A stretch of 63,987 nt of DNA, the filler included. It is 9 parts of 9 records of this genome, joined end to end, with 100 filler letters (N's around TTAATTAATTAA, not from the genome) between each part and the next. Parts side by side here need not be neighbours in the genome. Positions count along the whole stretch, not along the records: positions 40,689 to 51,563 come from DRR723986_22203; positions 51,664 to 58,364 come from DRR723986_22206; positions 58,465 to 63,987 come from DRR723986_22472; 6 more parts are not named here. The stretch is one strand, 5' to 3'. This document shows positions 49,771 to 59,900 of this stretch, in pieces. The first letter of the stretch is position 1, and each line of letters opens with the position of its first letter. Both the position numbers and the translations under genes were made by a program. The notes under the pieces were generated by a model. That model saw only the letters and a list, made by a program, of their open reading frames with translations, did not search any database and was not told the DNA's origin.

Positions 49771-51333
49771 ATGAATGCCTTTGATCAAGTTAAAAAATGG
49801 CGAACCGAGGAAATCCACACTGTTATGGCCGGCGCCGACGGCTTTAACCGCAGTCTTAACAACCTCTACGACGGTGTAAATTTGCCGCAAAATCCAGGCC
49901 TGGGCCAGAACAACTGGGCCAGCCCGCACCAGGATAGCTATTGCTCCGAATCCGTTGGCCTGCATGGCCCGACGTACAAAAAGTTAAAGTTGATTGAGCA
50001 GTATAACCCCTACGGCTTTACGCCAACCATGGTGTGTAATGAGAACAATCAAATGATTGGTATCTCGTTTGATCCGGCGCAGGGTCAATATCGCCTTGTC
50101 ATATTTGACGAAGAATGTAATATCCTCTCGGCTACCGAGACGTCCAAACTCGTGCCGAACACTTTTGGTGGCGGCTATTTTTATCTGAACCAGGAAAACA
50201 ATACTGTTGTGGTTGCAAACAACTGCATCAGCTGCTTCCCGACATCCGACGTGCAGGTTCGCGACGAGGTTTACAGCATCGACCCACTTTGGACCAGCGA
50301 AGACATTATCAATCTCGTGACGGGTTCGCCAGATAACAACTCACTATATTCGGCGCTGCCTGTCTGGAATGGCGACAACCGCAACCTCTACTGGTGTTTA
50401 ATTGCCGGCCAGTGGGACTACACGCCGCCGGGCACGTTGGTATCAAATGCCTGGATCGCTGTTGTTGAAGTCATTCCCGGCGCGGACGGCAGCTGCCAGA
50501 CGGTTCTGCGCGATGCATTGGAGATGGACCAGCAATGGAACAACAATACATTTGCGGTAGATGAAGACGGCGCATACTTCGTGACAAATGCACTGGACTC
50601 TGAAGGCAAATGTAATCTTGGTTACCTGCAGGCTGTCGCATTTGATCCGGCAACAAATAAAGTCACGTCGCGTTATTCTGCACCCTACGAAAACAGTGGC
50701 CTGTTGAAACCCGGCCAGACAAATATTGGTTCGGGAACTACCCCGACGTTAACAGACACCGAAGACGGCCGCAAACTGGTGGCGATTACGGACAATGCCT
50801 ATCCTCAGGTAAATGTCTCGGTTTACGATCGCAACACGGGCGCTCCGGTCACTAACGTGCCCATCTTTGCTAAAATGCGCGGTTGCGACGAAGCCTCATT
50901 GATTGGTGTTAACAATCGCTTCATTGTTGAAAACAACTTTGGGCACACGGTGGCATACCCGCACTCACAATACGTCTCCAACGAGCCGGGCATGGCCCTG
51001 ATTGATGTTGACGCGGAAGGTGATGTTAACGACAAGGTTCAATGGGAGAACAACAACACCTGCTACTTTGCAATGAACATGCTCGCCCGTGAAAGCGGTT
51101 TAATCTTTGCGCACACCGGCGACTGGTTCTCTGATGAGTCGTCCGAGAAGGGTGGCATGTACAGCATCTGTGCGATGGATTCCTGGGATGGTCGCATTAT
51201 CTGGCGCATTACGCTTGGTCGCGGTCTGCAGTACTGTCACGAGTATGGAGGAATTTATTTCAACCGCAAAGGCGACAGCATTTACATGGGCACAAATCAG
51301 TATTTGATTTGCATTAAGGATAGCCGCGATTAA
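49771..51333 (+). CDS. Hypothetical beta-propeller-like protein
   Basis: 520-aa ORF with AAGGA RBS; beta-rich; HQDSY, GGGYFYL, GSGTTPTL and VAITDNA motifs. Confidence 0.8.
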   Translation: MNAFDQVKKWRTEEIHTVMAGADGFNRSLNNLYDGVNLPQNPGLGQNNWASPHQDSYCSESVGLHGPTYKKLKLIEQYNPYGFTPTMVCNENNQMIGISFDPAQGQYRLVIFDEECNILSATETSKLVPNTFGGGYFYLNQENNTVVVANNCISCFPTSDVQVRDEVYSIDPLWTSEDIINLVTGSPDNNSLYSALPVWNGDNRNLYWCLIAGQWDYTPPGTLVSNAWIAVVEVIPGADGSCQTVLRDALEMDQQWNNNTFAVDEDGAYFVTNALDSEGKCNLGYLQAVAFDPATNKVTSRYSAPYENSGLLKPGQTNIGSGTTPTLTDTEDGRKLVAITDNAYPQVNVSVYDRNTGAPVTNVPIFAKMRGCDEASLIGVNNRFIVENNFGHTVAYPHSQYVSNEPGMALIDVDAEGDVNDKVQWENNNTCYFAMNMLARESGLIFAHTGDWFSDESSEKGGMYSICAMDSWDGRIIWRITLGRGLQYCHEYGGIYFNRKGDSIYMGTNQYLICIKDSRD

Positions 51334-51350
51334 GAGCAACAGCTATGGGT

Positions 51351-51376
51351 AGAGCCGGGGTGGAGACCTCGGCTCT
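51351..51376 (+). terminator. Hairpin after 520-aa gene
   Basis: AGAGCCGGGG-TGGAGA-CCTCGGCTCT. Confidence 0.55.
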
Positions 51377-51563
51377 GCTGGGCTGGGCTCTACTGGGTTG
51401 GAGTGTACAAAATCGTAGTTGGCAGTTTAATAGATTGTGCGTTTGCGTAAACAGGAAGAAGGAACCGCTCAGCGTTTTGGACTTGCGATGGATGTTTGAG
51501 ATTCGATAATTTGTGGATGGGGATTGGTTCTAACCCCAAGTCTTCAGACTTAAACGAGCCCAA

Positions 51564-51663
51564 NNNNNNNNNNNNNNNNNNNNNNNNNNNNNNNNNNNNN
51601 NNNNNNNTTAATTAATTAANNNNNNNNNNNNNNNNNNNNNNNNNNNNNNNNNNNNNNNNNNNN
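51564..51663. other. Artificial contig spacer 7
   Basis: N-run with TTAATTAATTAA. Confidence 0.99.
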
Positions 51664-52360
51664 GGATAGCTTCGGGATTGGCCGCAATAACGGCTTCGGC
51701 ACTGATTCTGGGCACCAACCTCTCCAGGTGGCCAAACACGTTGTCACCGCCACACAACTCAATCATTTCACCAATCAGATGGTCACGGTTGACCGTCATC
51801 AAAGGCTCATCCCACACCTGATAGAACACCGGTACTGCATCGGCACCCGAAAACCTGGCTCGCAGGTCTGTAATGCCTTTGCGAAATCGGTCCGCCTCGG
51901 CAAAACCCGCGGCTTCGGTACCGGCCAAGATAGAGAGACGCTCAATGGTGTCAGACACTGCCTCAAAACTGCGGGGCTCGATGGAGAACACAGGCACACC
52001 CATTTCTCTGAGTGTCGCCAACTGCTCGGTCGGGTTACCGGTTACCCAGCCAATCACCAGATCCGGCTCCAGTTGCAGCAAGCGTTCCATATCCATGCGG
52101 GTGTGGCTGCCAACCGAAGTGACTTCTTTGGCGGCCGGGGGATAGTCACTGTAGGCGACCACCGCAACCACCTGATCGCCGGCGCCTGCAGCCCAGGCCA
52201 GCTCGGTAGCCCCGGGGGAAAGCGCGGCAATCCGTTGTGCCGGTTGCTCAAAGCAAATCTCTTTACCCAGATCATCCGTGGCACAGACCGGCGATGCCAG
52301 GGCGGGGAATGCCAGCAGCATCCCGCCCAGAATCACAGCCATTGCCTTCAGATCTGCCAC
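51664..52360 (-). CDS. btuF: Cobalamin-binding periplasmic protein, 3'-truncated
   Basis: RIAALSPGATEL, YSDYP, PDLVIGW and CGGDNVF; downstream of btuB. Confidence 0.88.
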
Positions 52361-52386
52361 AGAGGCCTCCCCCGGTTTAACGGTTT

Positions 52387-54195
52387 TTATCGGATATCGT
52401 AACGCACGGTCAGCATGGCAGTGCGGCCGGCTGCAATATAGTCCAGGTCATTCTGCCGATCATAACGAGCGGTGCTATATTCCTTGTCCAGCACGTTAGC
52501 CAGCGTCAGCCGGGTTGACCAGTCAGGGGCAAAGCGCCAGCCCGCACGCAAGTCCAGAGTAGCAAAACCGGGCAGTCTGTCGTCGTTGGCACGGTCATCG
52601 TAACGATAGCCTTCGGCCACCACTGTGCCACCGAAGTCCCAGGTACCAACGCGCTTACTCAGGTCAAGACGCAGGGTTTTGCCACTCCGGCGCTGGAGTC
52701 GGTTTCCGGTTTCCCGGTCTTCCGGGTCCAGCAGCGTCAGAGCCGCATCACCGCGCCAACCATCCCGCTCAAAACCAGCGCTGAACTCGACACCACGGAT
52801 TCGGGCCTCATTGACGTTCATTGGCGTCCACAAGCCACTGGGGGTCGGGCTCCAGGCAATCAGGTTGTCCACATCAAGCTGGAACAGCGCTGCATCCCAG
52901 AACCAGGTCTGATAGTGGCCACTGGCACCCAACTCCACCGTTCCGGACTCTTCTGCCTCAAGGTCCGGGTTAGCTCCGGGAAAATACAGATCGTTGAAGG
53001 TGGGCGCCCGGAAAGACGTACCATAACTGATCCGTACTCGGTGGGACCGATCCAGAGCATGGCCAAGGGCAATGCCACCGGTTTCATTTTTGCCGTAGGC
53101 TTCGTTGTCGTCACCGCGCACACTCAGTTGAAGGTCGGTTGGGCCGAAGTTCAGGCGCAACTGGCTGTACAGGGCGGTGTTGGTGCGGCTGGTCTCAGCG
53201 TAATTGGTGGTACCGCTGACTTCGTCAGTCATTAACTCTGCCCCTACCACCAGCTCATGGACATTCCAGGTAAAGGTATTGTCCCAACGCGCTGCCCGTG
53301 AGCGGGTATTGAAGGTGCTATTGAATGTGGGCGTAACGTTGTCGGTTTCGTCCCGGGATTCAGAGAACTGAAGTGAATGCCGCCAGTAGTCACTCACCGG
53401 GGTTTCCAGCCCGAAGCCGATGGTGCGAATCATGAAATCAATTTCGCCGCCTTCGTATTCGGTGTTGCCTTCGCTTTGCACCATCACCAGGCTGGCTTCT
53501 CCGCCGGAGTCCAGCTCATGGACGACACGTCCGATACCGGCGGTGTTGCGGAAGCCCCGGTCGTCACCATCGGTGATAACTGCTGTACCGTCGGTTTCTT
53601 TATGCAAACCACTCAGGCTGAAACGGGTATTTCCAGCGCGGGCAGCAACACCGGCACTGCCTTTCTGCGTGTTGAAATTGCCTGCACCGGCTTCTACCCA
53701 ACCTGCCGGCGTGTCTTCCGGGTCCAGTGTAAAAGCCTGCACAACGCCACCGACAGCATCGGAACCGTAAAGTGAGCTCCGGGCGCCACGGACAATTTCC
53801 ACCCGCTCAATCAGTTCAACGGGAAAGTACTGCCAGGAGGGACCACCGGATGTGGCCGAACGCAGGCGCACACCATCAACCAGCAGCAGCGTGGAGTCGT
53901 TGGCGGTGCCGCGGGTGTAGACACTGGTGGTTTTTCCGAAGGAACCGTTGCCGGTCACGTTGATGCCGGGTTGTCCTCGCAGCAGCTGGGTGAACTCTGA
54001 GGGGCTTTGCTCGCGGATAGTTTCTTCGTCGATGACCGTAACTGATGACAGGCTTTCACCCGCAGTCAGAGGCCCAAGGGTGGCGGTAACGACAATCGGT
54101 TCCAGCTTGCGTTCATCCGACGCTTCATCGGCGGCAACAGCAGGCAACGCCAGTGGCAACAACATCAGGACGGGAAGGGCTTTGGCAGTACTCAT
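52387..54195 (-). CDS. btuB: TonB-dependent vitamin B12 receptor
   Basis: IVVTAT TonB box, IERVEIVRG.RSSLYGSDA.GGV and SYGTSFRAPTFNDLY; under the cobalamin riboswitch. Confidence 0.92.
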   Translation of the reverse strand: MSTAKALPVLMLLPLALPAVAADEASDERKLEPIVVTATLGPLTAGESLSSVTVIDEETIREQSPSEFTQLLRGQPGINVTGNGSFGKTTSVYTRGTANDSTLLLVDGVRLRSATSGGPSWQYFPVELIERVEIVRGARSSLYGSDAVGGVVQAFTLDPEDTPAGWVEAGAGNFNTQKGSAGVAARAGNTRFSLSGLHKETDGTAVITDGDDRGFRNTAGIGRVVHELDSGGEASLVMVQSEGNTEYEGGEIDFMIRTIGFGLETPVSDYWRHSLQFSESRDETDNVTPTFNSTFNTRSRAARWDNTFTWNVHELVVGAELMTDEVSGTTNYAETSRTNTALYSQLRLNFGPTDLQLSVRGDDNEAYGKNETGGIALGHALDRSHRVRISYGTSFRAPTFNDLYFPGANPDLEAEESGTVELGASGHYQTWFWDAALFQLDVDNLIAWSPTPSGLWTPMNVNEARIRGVEFSAGFERDGWRGDAALTLLDPEDRETGNRLQRRSGKTLRLDLSKRVGTWDFGGTVVAEGYRYDDRANDDRLPGFATLDLRAGWRFAPDWSTRLTLANVLDKEYSTARYDRQNDLDYIAAGRTAMLTVRYDIR

Positions 54196-54363
54196 AGCTT
54201 CACTCACGGTTCACCGCACGCACCCGTACGGTCGATCAATTAACTGCGGAGGAAGACAGACTGCTCAGACGGGGGTGGAGGGCGTGTCAGTAAATGCGAG
54301 CCAGGTTCACCCACCGCCGTCGCCCTCCGCAACGTCTGGTGTCCGGAACCCAAGGTTCCGCCT

Positions 54364-54568
54364 TTCAGGCCGGTCTCCGGGCTTACAGGCGGAGCCTGTG
54401 CTCCGGGGCAACCACCTTCCCATGCCATTGGCACAGTGGCGTACTGGATTGCCTTTCACCTGATTACCGTTGCGGGGGCAGCGCCGGAATGTCACCGGCT
54501 TCCCGTTTCACTGCAGGCACTCCTCCGGACTATCGCCAGCCTGGACAAAATGCATACAGCACCTGAAA
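54364..54568 (-). ncRNA. Cobalamin (AdoCbl) riboswitch
   Basis: Minus strand contains AGGTGC...AAACGGGAAGCCGGTG..ATTCCGGCGCTGCCCCCGCAACGGT...GCCACTG...GGGAAGG...AAGCCCGGAGACCGGCCTGAA (B12 box). Confidence 0.95.
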
Positions 54569-54577
54569 TCGCGGGCA

Positions 54578-54606
54578 AGACTATCAACCAGGGTGGGGGT
54601 GGTCAA
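54578..54606 (-). promoter_or_regulatory. sigma70 promoter for riboswitch-btuB leader, overlapping cobD 3' end
   Basis: Minus strand TTGACC-N17-TAGTCT, ending about 10 nt before the riboswitch. Confidence 0.65.
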
Positions 54607-55648
54607 TGAGATATGTTAATTCAGACAACGCACCCTCCAGCCGTTGCCAACCGGTTTCATCCGGTGGCAAACCGAAACGCAGGGCTGCGGGTGTGTCAAA
54701 ACGCCTGACCAGAATGCCGCGGCAAGCCAGTTGGTCAGCAATGCCCGCTGCGCGGGGATGTTGAACCGTTCTGAAGAGCAGGGTGCCGGCGGGGGACGAC
54801 ATCCCATATTGTCTGAGCAGGCCGTCCATACGCAGTCTGGCCGTTTGCAGGCTGGCACGAGCCTCCACCTGCCAGGCCCAGTCTTGCAGTGCCCGGGCCA
54901 TCAGGTACCGGGCCGGACCGCTGACCGTCCAGGGACCAAGTTCGTTCGACATCTCGCGCGCCAGACCAGGGTCGGCCAGGACCGCACCGGCACGGAGACC
55001 GGCCAGCCCGAAAAACTTGCCCAGCGAGCGCAACACAATCAGCCCCGGAGCGCCCGCCCACGGGTCCAGGCCGAAGCCCGGCTCGCCCTCAATAAACGCC
55101 TGATCCAGCACCAGCCAGCCATCACGCTCGCGCAGCCGCTCGTGCCAAAACCGTAAACGGGCAGGATCCATCAGCTGCCCGGTCGGATTATTCGGCTGTA
55201 TCCAGACCACTACATCCACAGAATCCAGCCATGCCAGCTCCGCTTGCATTGTCGCCTGTTCAGGAATCGCCACCACGTCGAAACCCGCTCGCCGCCAGGC
55301 ATGACCATGCTCACGATAACCGGGCATGGGCACGGCCACCCGACCGAAACCATGCTTACGGGCACGAACCGCTGGCAGGGCCATGATCGCCGCCTGGGAA
55401 CCCGCTACGGGTAGGCAGCAGGCACGCTCCGGTGCCCCGGCCCAGATACGGATAATCTCTTCCAGCCCATCTTCCGGCTCCGGCAGCCGTTGCCATACCT
55501 CTGCCGGAATTGCCGGAACCGGCCAGGGCACAGGATTAATACCAGTGGAGAGATCCAGCCATTGTTCCGGAGGAATGCCCCAGTGCTGAGCCGCTGCCCT
55601 CAGGCGACCTCCATGCTCCGGCAAATCAGCACCATCGAACGCTGTCAC
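54584..55648 (-). CDS. cobD: Threonine-phosphate decarboxylase
   Basis: EHGG, WLDLSTGINP, AGSQ, PNNPTG and LRSLGKFFGLAGLR (PLP Lys); GTG start overlaps the cbiB stop. Confidence 0.92.
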   Translation of the reverse strand: MTAFDGADLPEHGGRLRAAAQHWGIPPEQWLDLSTGINPVPWPVPAIPAEVWQRLPEPEDGLEEIIRIWAGAPERACCLPVAGSQAAIMALPAVRARKHGFGRVAVPMPGYREHGHAWRRAGFDVVAIPEQATMQAELAWLDSVDVVVWIQPNNPTGQLMDPARLRFWHERLRERDGWLVLDQAFIEGEPGFGLDPWAGAPGLIVLRSLGKFFGLAGLRAGAVLADPGLAREMSNELGPWTVSGPARYLMARALQDWAWQVEARASLQTARLRMDGLLRQYGMSSPAGTLLFRTVQHPRAAGIADQLACRGILVRRFDTPAALRFGLPPDETGWQRLEGALSELTYLIDHPHPG

Positions 55649-56604
55649 CCGATACCTCCTGACCAGAACGCATTCAGACTTGCGGCCAAGGCCAACAACA
55701 CCAACAGCCACAACATCACGCCACGCTGAACCAGGGAAATCGCGCCCTCCACGGTTTGCGCCGTGGCGCCTTGCCCACGACCCAGCAGCGGTCGCTGCTT
55801 CACGCCACCGGAATATGGCGCCGGGCCGCCCAGAGTGACCCCCAGTGCGCCAGCGCCTGCAGCCATCACCGGGCCAGCATTAGAGCTGTCCCACGCTTTT
55901 GACTGTTCACGCCAGCATTTCACGGCCAGCCGGGTATTGCCCAGCAACGCATAGGTCAAGGCAGTTAGCCGGGCAGGGACCCAGTTCATAACGTCATCAA
56001 GCCTGGCGGCACAGCGCCCGAAATACAGATATCGTGACGTCCGGTAGCCCCACATGGCATCCAGCGTGTTCACCAACCGGTGCAAAACCAGTCCGGGCAA
56101 GCCAGCGACCAGATACCAGAACACGCTTGAAAACACCGCATCGGCACCATTTTCCAGCATGGATTCCGAGGCGGCGGCGGCAACGCCTTCGTCACTCAAC
56201 GCTGCAGCATCCCGACTGACAATTCGGCCAACCGCCAGCCGGGCCCTGGCACCATCCCCGCACGCCAACGCAGTCGACACCGCCCGGCCATGTTCCGCCA
56301 GCCCCCTTAATGAAATGGCAAGCCAGACACCGGCCACCTGAGTGAGCAGCCACAGCCAGCCCTCCAGCAGGAATTGCAGAAAAATTGCCAGTACGACGGC
56401 TGGCATGACCGCTACCAGGGTCGCCAGCACCCCCAGCAAGAGGCTTTGCGCCGGGAAAGTCTGCTGATCATTCAGGCGTTGCTCCAACAGGGATGCCCAC
56501 TGACCGAAGCCCACCAGCGGGTGCCACCGACGGGGCTCACCCATCAACCAGTCCAACAAAACCGCCGCACCGCACACCAGCACTGCAACCACAAACGTAT
56601 CCAA
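55645..56604 (-). CDS. cbiB: Adenosylcobinamide-phosphate synthase
   Basis: GEP..WHPLVG, IVSRD, ES.LEN, NTLDAMWGY, ARLDD and S.NAG motifs; TTG start. Confidence 0.93.
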   Translation of the reverse strand: MDTFVVAVLVCGAAVLLDWLMGEPRRWHPLVGFGQWASLLEQRLNDQQTFPAQSLLLGVLATLVAVMPAVVLAIFLQFLLEGWLWLLTQVAGVWLAISLRGLAEHGRAVSTALACGDGARARLAVGRIVSRDAAALSDEGVAAAASESMLENGADAVFSSVFWYLVAGLPGLVLHRLVNTLDAMWGYRTSRYLYFGRCAARLDDVMNWVPARLTALTYALLGNTRLAVKCWREQSKAWDSSNAGPVMAAGAGALGVTLGGPAPYSGGVKQRPLLGRGQGATAQTVEGAISLVQRGVMLWLLVLLALAASLNAFWSGGIG

Positions 56605-56718
56605 AGCCGGTCTCCCTGATTCAATTGCCGGCAAGTCTAACCGACCGGTCACGAAACTTGACAGCCTTGCCTCCCGGTTAGACCATCCTCGGTTTTCCGC
56701 CCACAAGGACCCATCGCC

Positions 56719-57777
56719 ATGGCACTGCCCGACAGCTGGCTCACGTCTCCCCCACGGCCCTCGGTTCAGCACACAGCGCTTGCCGCCGAGCGTCAGCAGG
56801 TGCTCACAAAGCCACCCGGCTCTCTCGGGCAGCTGGAACAGCTCGCCATCAGTCTGGCGGGCCTGCACGGCACCGACAGACCCAGCGTTGATCCGGTGCG
56901 AATGGTGGTGTTTGCCGGCGATCACGGCGTTTGCGCTGAAGGCGTTTCCGCATTTCCTCAGGCTGTCACCGCCCAGATGATCGCCAATTTTGCCAGCGGC
57001 GGCGCCGCCATCAGCGTGATGGCCAAGGAACTCGGTGCCAGTCTGGAAGTGGTCAACCTGGGTACCGTTGGTGAAGTACCGGAGTTACCCGGCGTCATAG
57101 ATCAGATTATCGTGCCTTCCACGGCCAACATGGCAGAATCACCGGCCATGTCCTCGCGCCAGCTTGAATCCGCGCTATCCAGTGGCGACGAAGCCGCCAG
57201 GCGTGCCGCAAACGCTGGCTGCCGCCTGTTTATTGGTGGCGACATGGGCATAGGCAACACAACCAGTGCTGCAGCACTGGCCTGCGCCCTGCTGGGACAG
57301 CAGCCCACTACCCTTGTTGGCCCGGGCACAGGGCTGAACTCCGAGGGCGTTGCCCGCAAGGCGAGGGTGGTTGAAAACGCGTTGCAACGGCATGGTCCCG
57401 ACCGCGATCCGCTGACGGTACTGGCCTCTCTGGGAGGCTTCGAAATAGCCGCACTGACCGGCGCCATCCTGGGCTGCGCCGCGCGCCGGATCCCGGTTCT
57501 GGTGGACGGTTTTATTGTCTCAGTCGCTGCACTGGTGGCCGTGCATCAACAACCGGCTGCGCGCGAGTGGCTTCTGTTTGCGCATCGGTCAGCCGAACCC
57601 GGCCATAGCGCCGTGCTGGAGGCACTTGATGCCTCGCCCCTGCTGGATCTTGGCATGCGCCTGGGCGAAGGCAGTGGCGCCGCCGTTGCCGTTCCCCTGT
57701 TACGCGCCGCCTGCGCGCTGCATAACCGGATGGCCAGTTTTACCGACGCTGGCGTCAGTGGCAAAGCGGAAGAATAG
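56719..57777 (+). CDS. cobT: Nicotinate-nucleotide--dimethylbenzimidazole phosphoribosyltransferase
   Basis: [28 protein letters not shown] and RLGEGSG motifs. Confidence 0.95.
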   Translation: MALPDSWLTSPPRPSVQHTALAAERQQVLTKPPGSLGQLEQLAISLAGLHGTDRPSVDPVRMVVFAGDHGVCAEGVSAFPQAVTAQMIANFASGGAAISVMAKELGASLEVVNLGTVGEVPELPGVIDQIIVPSTANMAESPAMSSRQLESALSSGDEAARRAANAGCRLFIGGDMGIGNTTSAAALACALLGQQPTTLVGPGTGLNSEGVARKARVVENALQRHGPDRDPLTVLASLGGFEIAALTGAILGCAARRIPVLVDGFIVSVAALVAVHQQPAAREWLLFAHRSAEPGHSAVLEALDASPLLDLGMRLGEGSGAAVAVPLLRAACALHNRMASFTDAGVSGKAEE

Positions 57778-57781
57778 CCCT

Positions 57782-58364
57782 ATGACCACCACAGTAATCG
57801 ACCTGATACGCCACGGCGAACCGGAAGGCGGCCAGATGTTCCGGGGCAGTAAAGACGACCCCTTGAGCGATACCGGGTGGCAACAGATGATAGCTGCCAT
57901 CGCCGAGGGTGATCAGTGGGACGCCATCGTCAGTTCACCCATGCAACGATGCCAGCATTTTGCCCAGCAACTGGCCGACGAACACAGAATTCCACTGCAT
58001 ATCGAAGAAGATCTCCGGGAGATCGGTTTTGGTGAGTGGGAAGGGTTGACCGCTGAGCAGATCCAGGAGCGCTATGGGGATCATCTTAACCACTTCTGGC
58101 AGGACCCCATCAACTTCCTCCCCCCCGGCGGTGAGGCTGTGACGGATTTCTACCAGCGCACTATTGACGGTTTTGATCGATGGCAGCAAACACTTGCCGG
58201 CAAACGGGTCTTGGTGGTCTGCCACGGAGGCGTGATCCGCATGGTGCTGGCCAATGTATTGGGCATTCCGCTGGAGAGATCATTCACCGGCTTTGCCGTG
58301 CCTTACGCCTGCCGCAGCCGGATACAGGTGGACCAGTCCGAATTCGGTGTGTTTCGCAGCCTGA
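57782..58364 (+). CDS. cobC: Histidine phosphatase (alpha-ribazole phosphatase-like), 3'-truncated
   Basis: RHGE, SSP..RC, E..FGEWEG and HGGVIR motifs; follows cobT. Confidence 0.82.
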
Positions 58365-58464
58365 NNNNNNNNNNNNNNNNNNNNNNNNNNNNNNNNNNNN
58401 NNNNNNNNTTAATTAATTAANNNNNNNNNNNNNNNNNNNNNNNNNNNNNNNNNNNNNNNNNNNN
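58365..58464. other. Artificial contig spacer 8
   Basis: N-run with TTAATTAATTAA. Confidence 0.99.
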
Positions 58465-58567
58465 GTGCTGGACCGGCTGCAAAGACACCGGGCGCGGCGC
58501 GGGCTTGTCCGTTCTGGGCTTTCATGCTCTGACCCGTCCCAAATCCTACCACCTGAAAAAAGGCTGA
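58465..58567 (+). CDS. Aldehyde dehydrogenase C-terminal fragment
   Basis: Manual translation CWTGCKDTGRGAGLSVLGFHALTRPKSYHLKKG*. Confidence 0.78.
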
Positions 58568-58571
58568 TCTC

Positions 58572-59717
58572 ATGAACCTGGTTGGCAATTGGTCCTACCC
58601 CACCGCGATGCGCTTTGGCGCCGGTCGCATTTCTGAAATCGCTGATGCCTGCGCTGCGGCCGGCATCACCAAGCCCCTGCTTGTGACAGACAAAGGTCTG
58701 GCTGATCTGCCGATAACGCAGAACACGCTGGATCTTTTGGAGGCGGCTGGTCTAGGTCGCGCAATGTTTTCTGACGTGGACCCGAATCCAAACGAGAAAA
58801 ACGTTGCCGCCGGACTGGCCGCTTACCGCGAAGGGGGCTTTGACGGTGTGATCGCCTTTGGCGGTGGCTCGGGTCTTGATCTGGGCAAAACGCTGGCCTT
58901 TATGGCCGGTCAGACCCGCCCCTTGTGGGACTTTGAGGATATCGGGGATTGGTGGACACGCGCTGACCCGGCAGGCATTCATCCTATCGTGGCCGTTCCC
59001 ACCACCGCGGGCACGGGCTCCGAAGTGGGGCGCGCTGGCGTCATCACCAATTCGGTGACCCACGAGAAAAAGATCATCTTTCACCCGAAAATGCTGCCCG
59101 CTGTCGTGATTTGCGACCCCGAGCTGACCGTGGGAATGCCCAAGTTCATCACCGCCGGTACAGGTTTGGACGCCTTTGCCCACTGTGTCGAGGCGTTCTG
59201 TTCGCCCCATTACCACCCCATGTCGCAGGGCATGGCATTGGAAGGCATGCGTCTGGTCAAAGATTACCTGCCCCGCGCCTATGCCGATGGCAGCAATCTA
59301 GAGGCGCGCGCGCATATGATGTCCGCCGCCGCAATGGGGGCGACTGCGTTCCAAAAGGGATTGGGTGCGATCCACGCGTTGTCCCACCCCATTGGCGCGC
59401 ATCACCACACGCACCACGGCACGACCAACGCCGTTTGCATGCCTGCCGTATTGCAGTTTAACCGCCCCGCAGCCGAGGGTGTCCTGACGCAAGCGGCCGC
59501 CTATCTGGGTATTGACGGTGGGTTCGACGGGTTTGCCGCTTATGTCGACAACTTGAACGACAGTCTTGGCATTCCCAAAACGCTGACCGAATTGGGGGTC
59601 AAAGATCCAGACCTGGATACCCTCGTCCGCGATGCGCTGAACGATCCGTCCACGGGTGGTAACCCTGTAGAGATGAATGCCGAAAACACGCGGGCCCTGT
59701 TCGAAGCTTGCCTATAA
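58572..59717 (+). CDS. Iron-containing alcohol dehydrogenase
   Basis: GGGSGLD, PTTAGTGSE, DAFAHCVE and HALSH..HHG motifs. Confidence 0.93.
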   Translation: MNLVGNWSYPTAMRFGAGRISEIADACAAAGITKPLLVTDKGLADLPITQNTLDLLEAAGLGRAMFSDVDPNPNEKNVAAGLAAYREGGFDGVIAFGGGSGLDLGKTLAFMAGQTRPLWDFEDIGDWWTRADPAGIHPIVAVPTTAGTGSEVGRAGVITNSVTHEKKIIFHPKMLPAVVICDPELTVGMPKFITAGTGLDAFAHCVEAFCSPHYHPMSQGMALEGMRLVKDYLPRAYADGSNLEARAHMMSAAAMGATAFQKGLGAIHALSHPIGAHHHTHHGTTNAVCMPAVLQFNRPAAEGVLTQAAAYLGIDGGFDGFAAYVDNLNDSLGIPKTLTELGVKDPDLDTLVRDALNDPSTGGNPVEMNAENTRALFEACL

Positions 59718-59734
59718 TTTCGGCTAAAACACAA

Positions 59735-59763
59735 GACCCGGCACCCTTGCAGGGTGCCAGGTC
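59735..59763 (+). terminator. Hairpin after Fe-ADH
   Basis: GACCCGGCACCCT-TGC-AGGGTGCCAGGTC. Confidence 0.55.
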
Positions 59764-59900
59764 GTAAGTACACCACCGATTTAATTGCAACACAAACAAT
59801 ACTCTCAAATTGATCCCTATCGATTCAATACAACCTTCGGTACTCAAAACGGGTGCATTAAGACACGCACTAATAACAAGTTCCAGGAGCAGTATTGATT

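Noticed and set aside
56605..56925. N-terminal extension of CbiB overlapping cobT
   Set aside because: Overlaps the divergent cobT; GGGAGA RBS supports TTG 56604.
5093..58464. Eight regularly recurring TTAATTAATTAA motifs in N-runs
   Set aside because: Artificial contig linkers. ORFs ending '...XXXLIN' and any gene linkage across them are artefacts.
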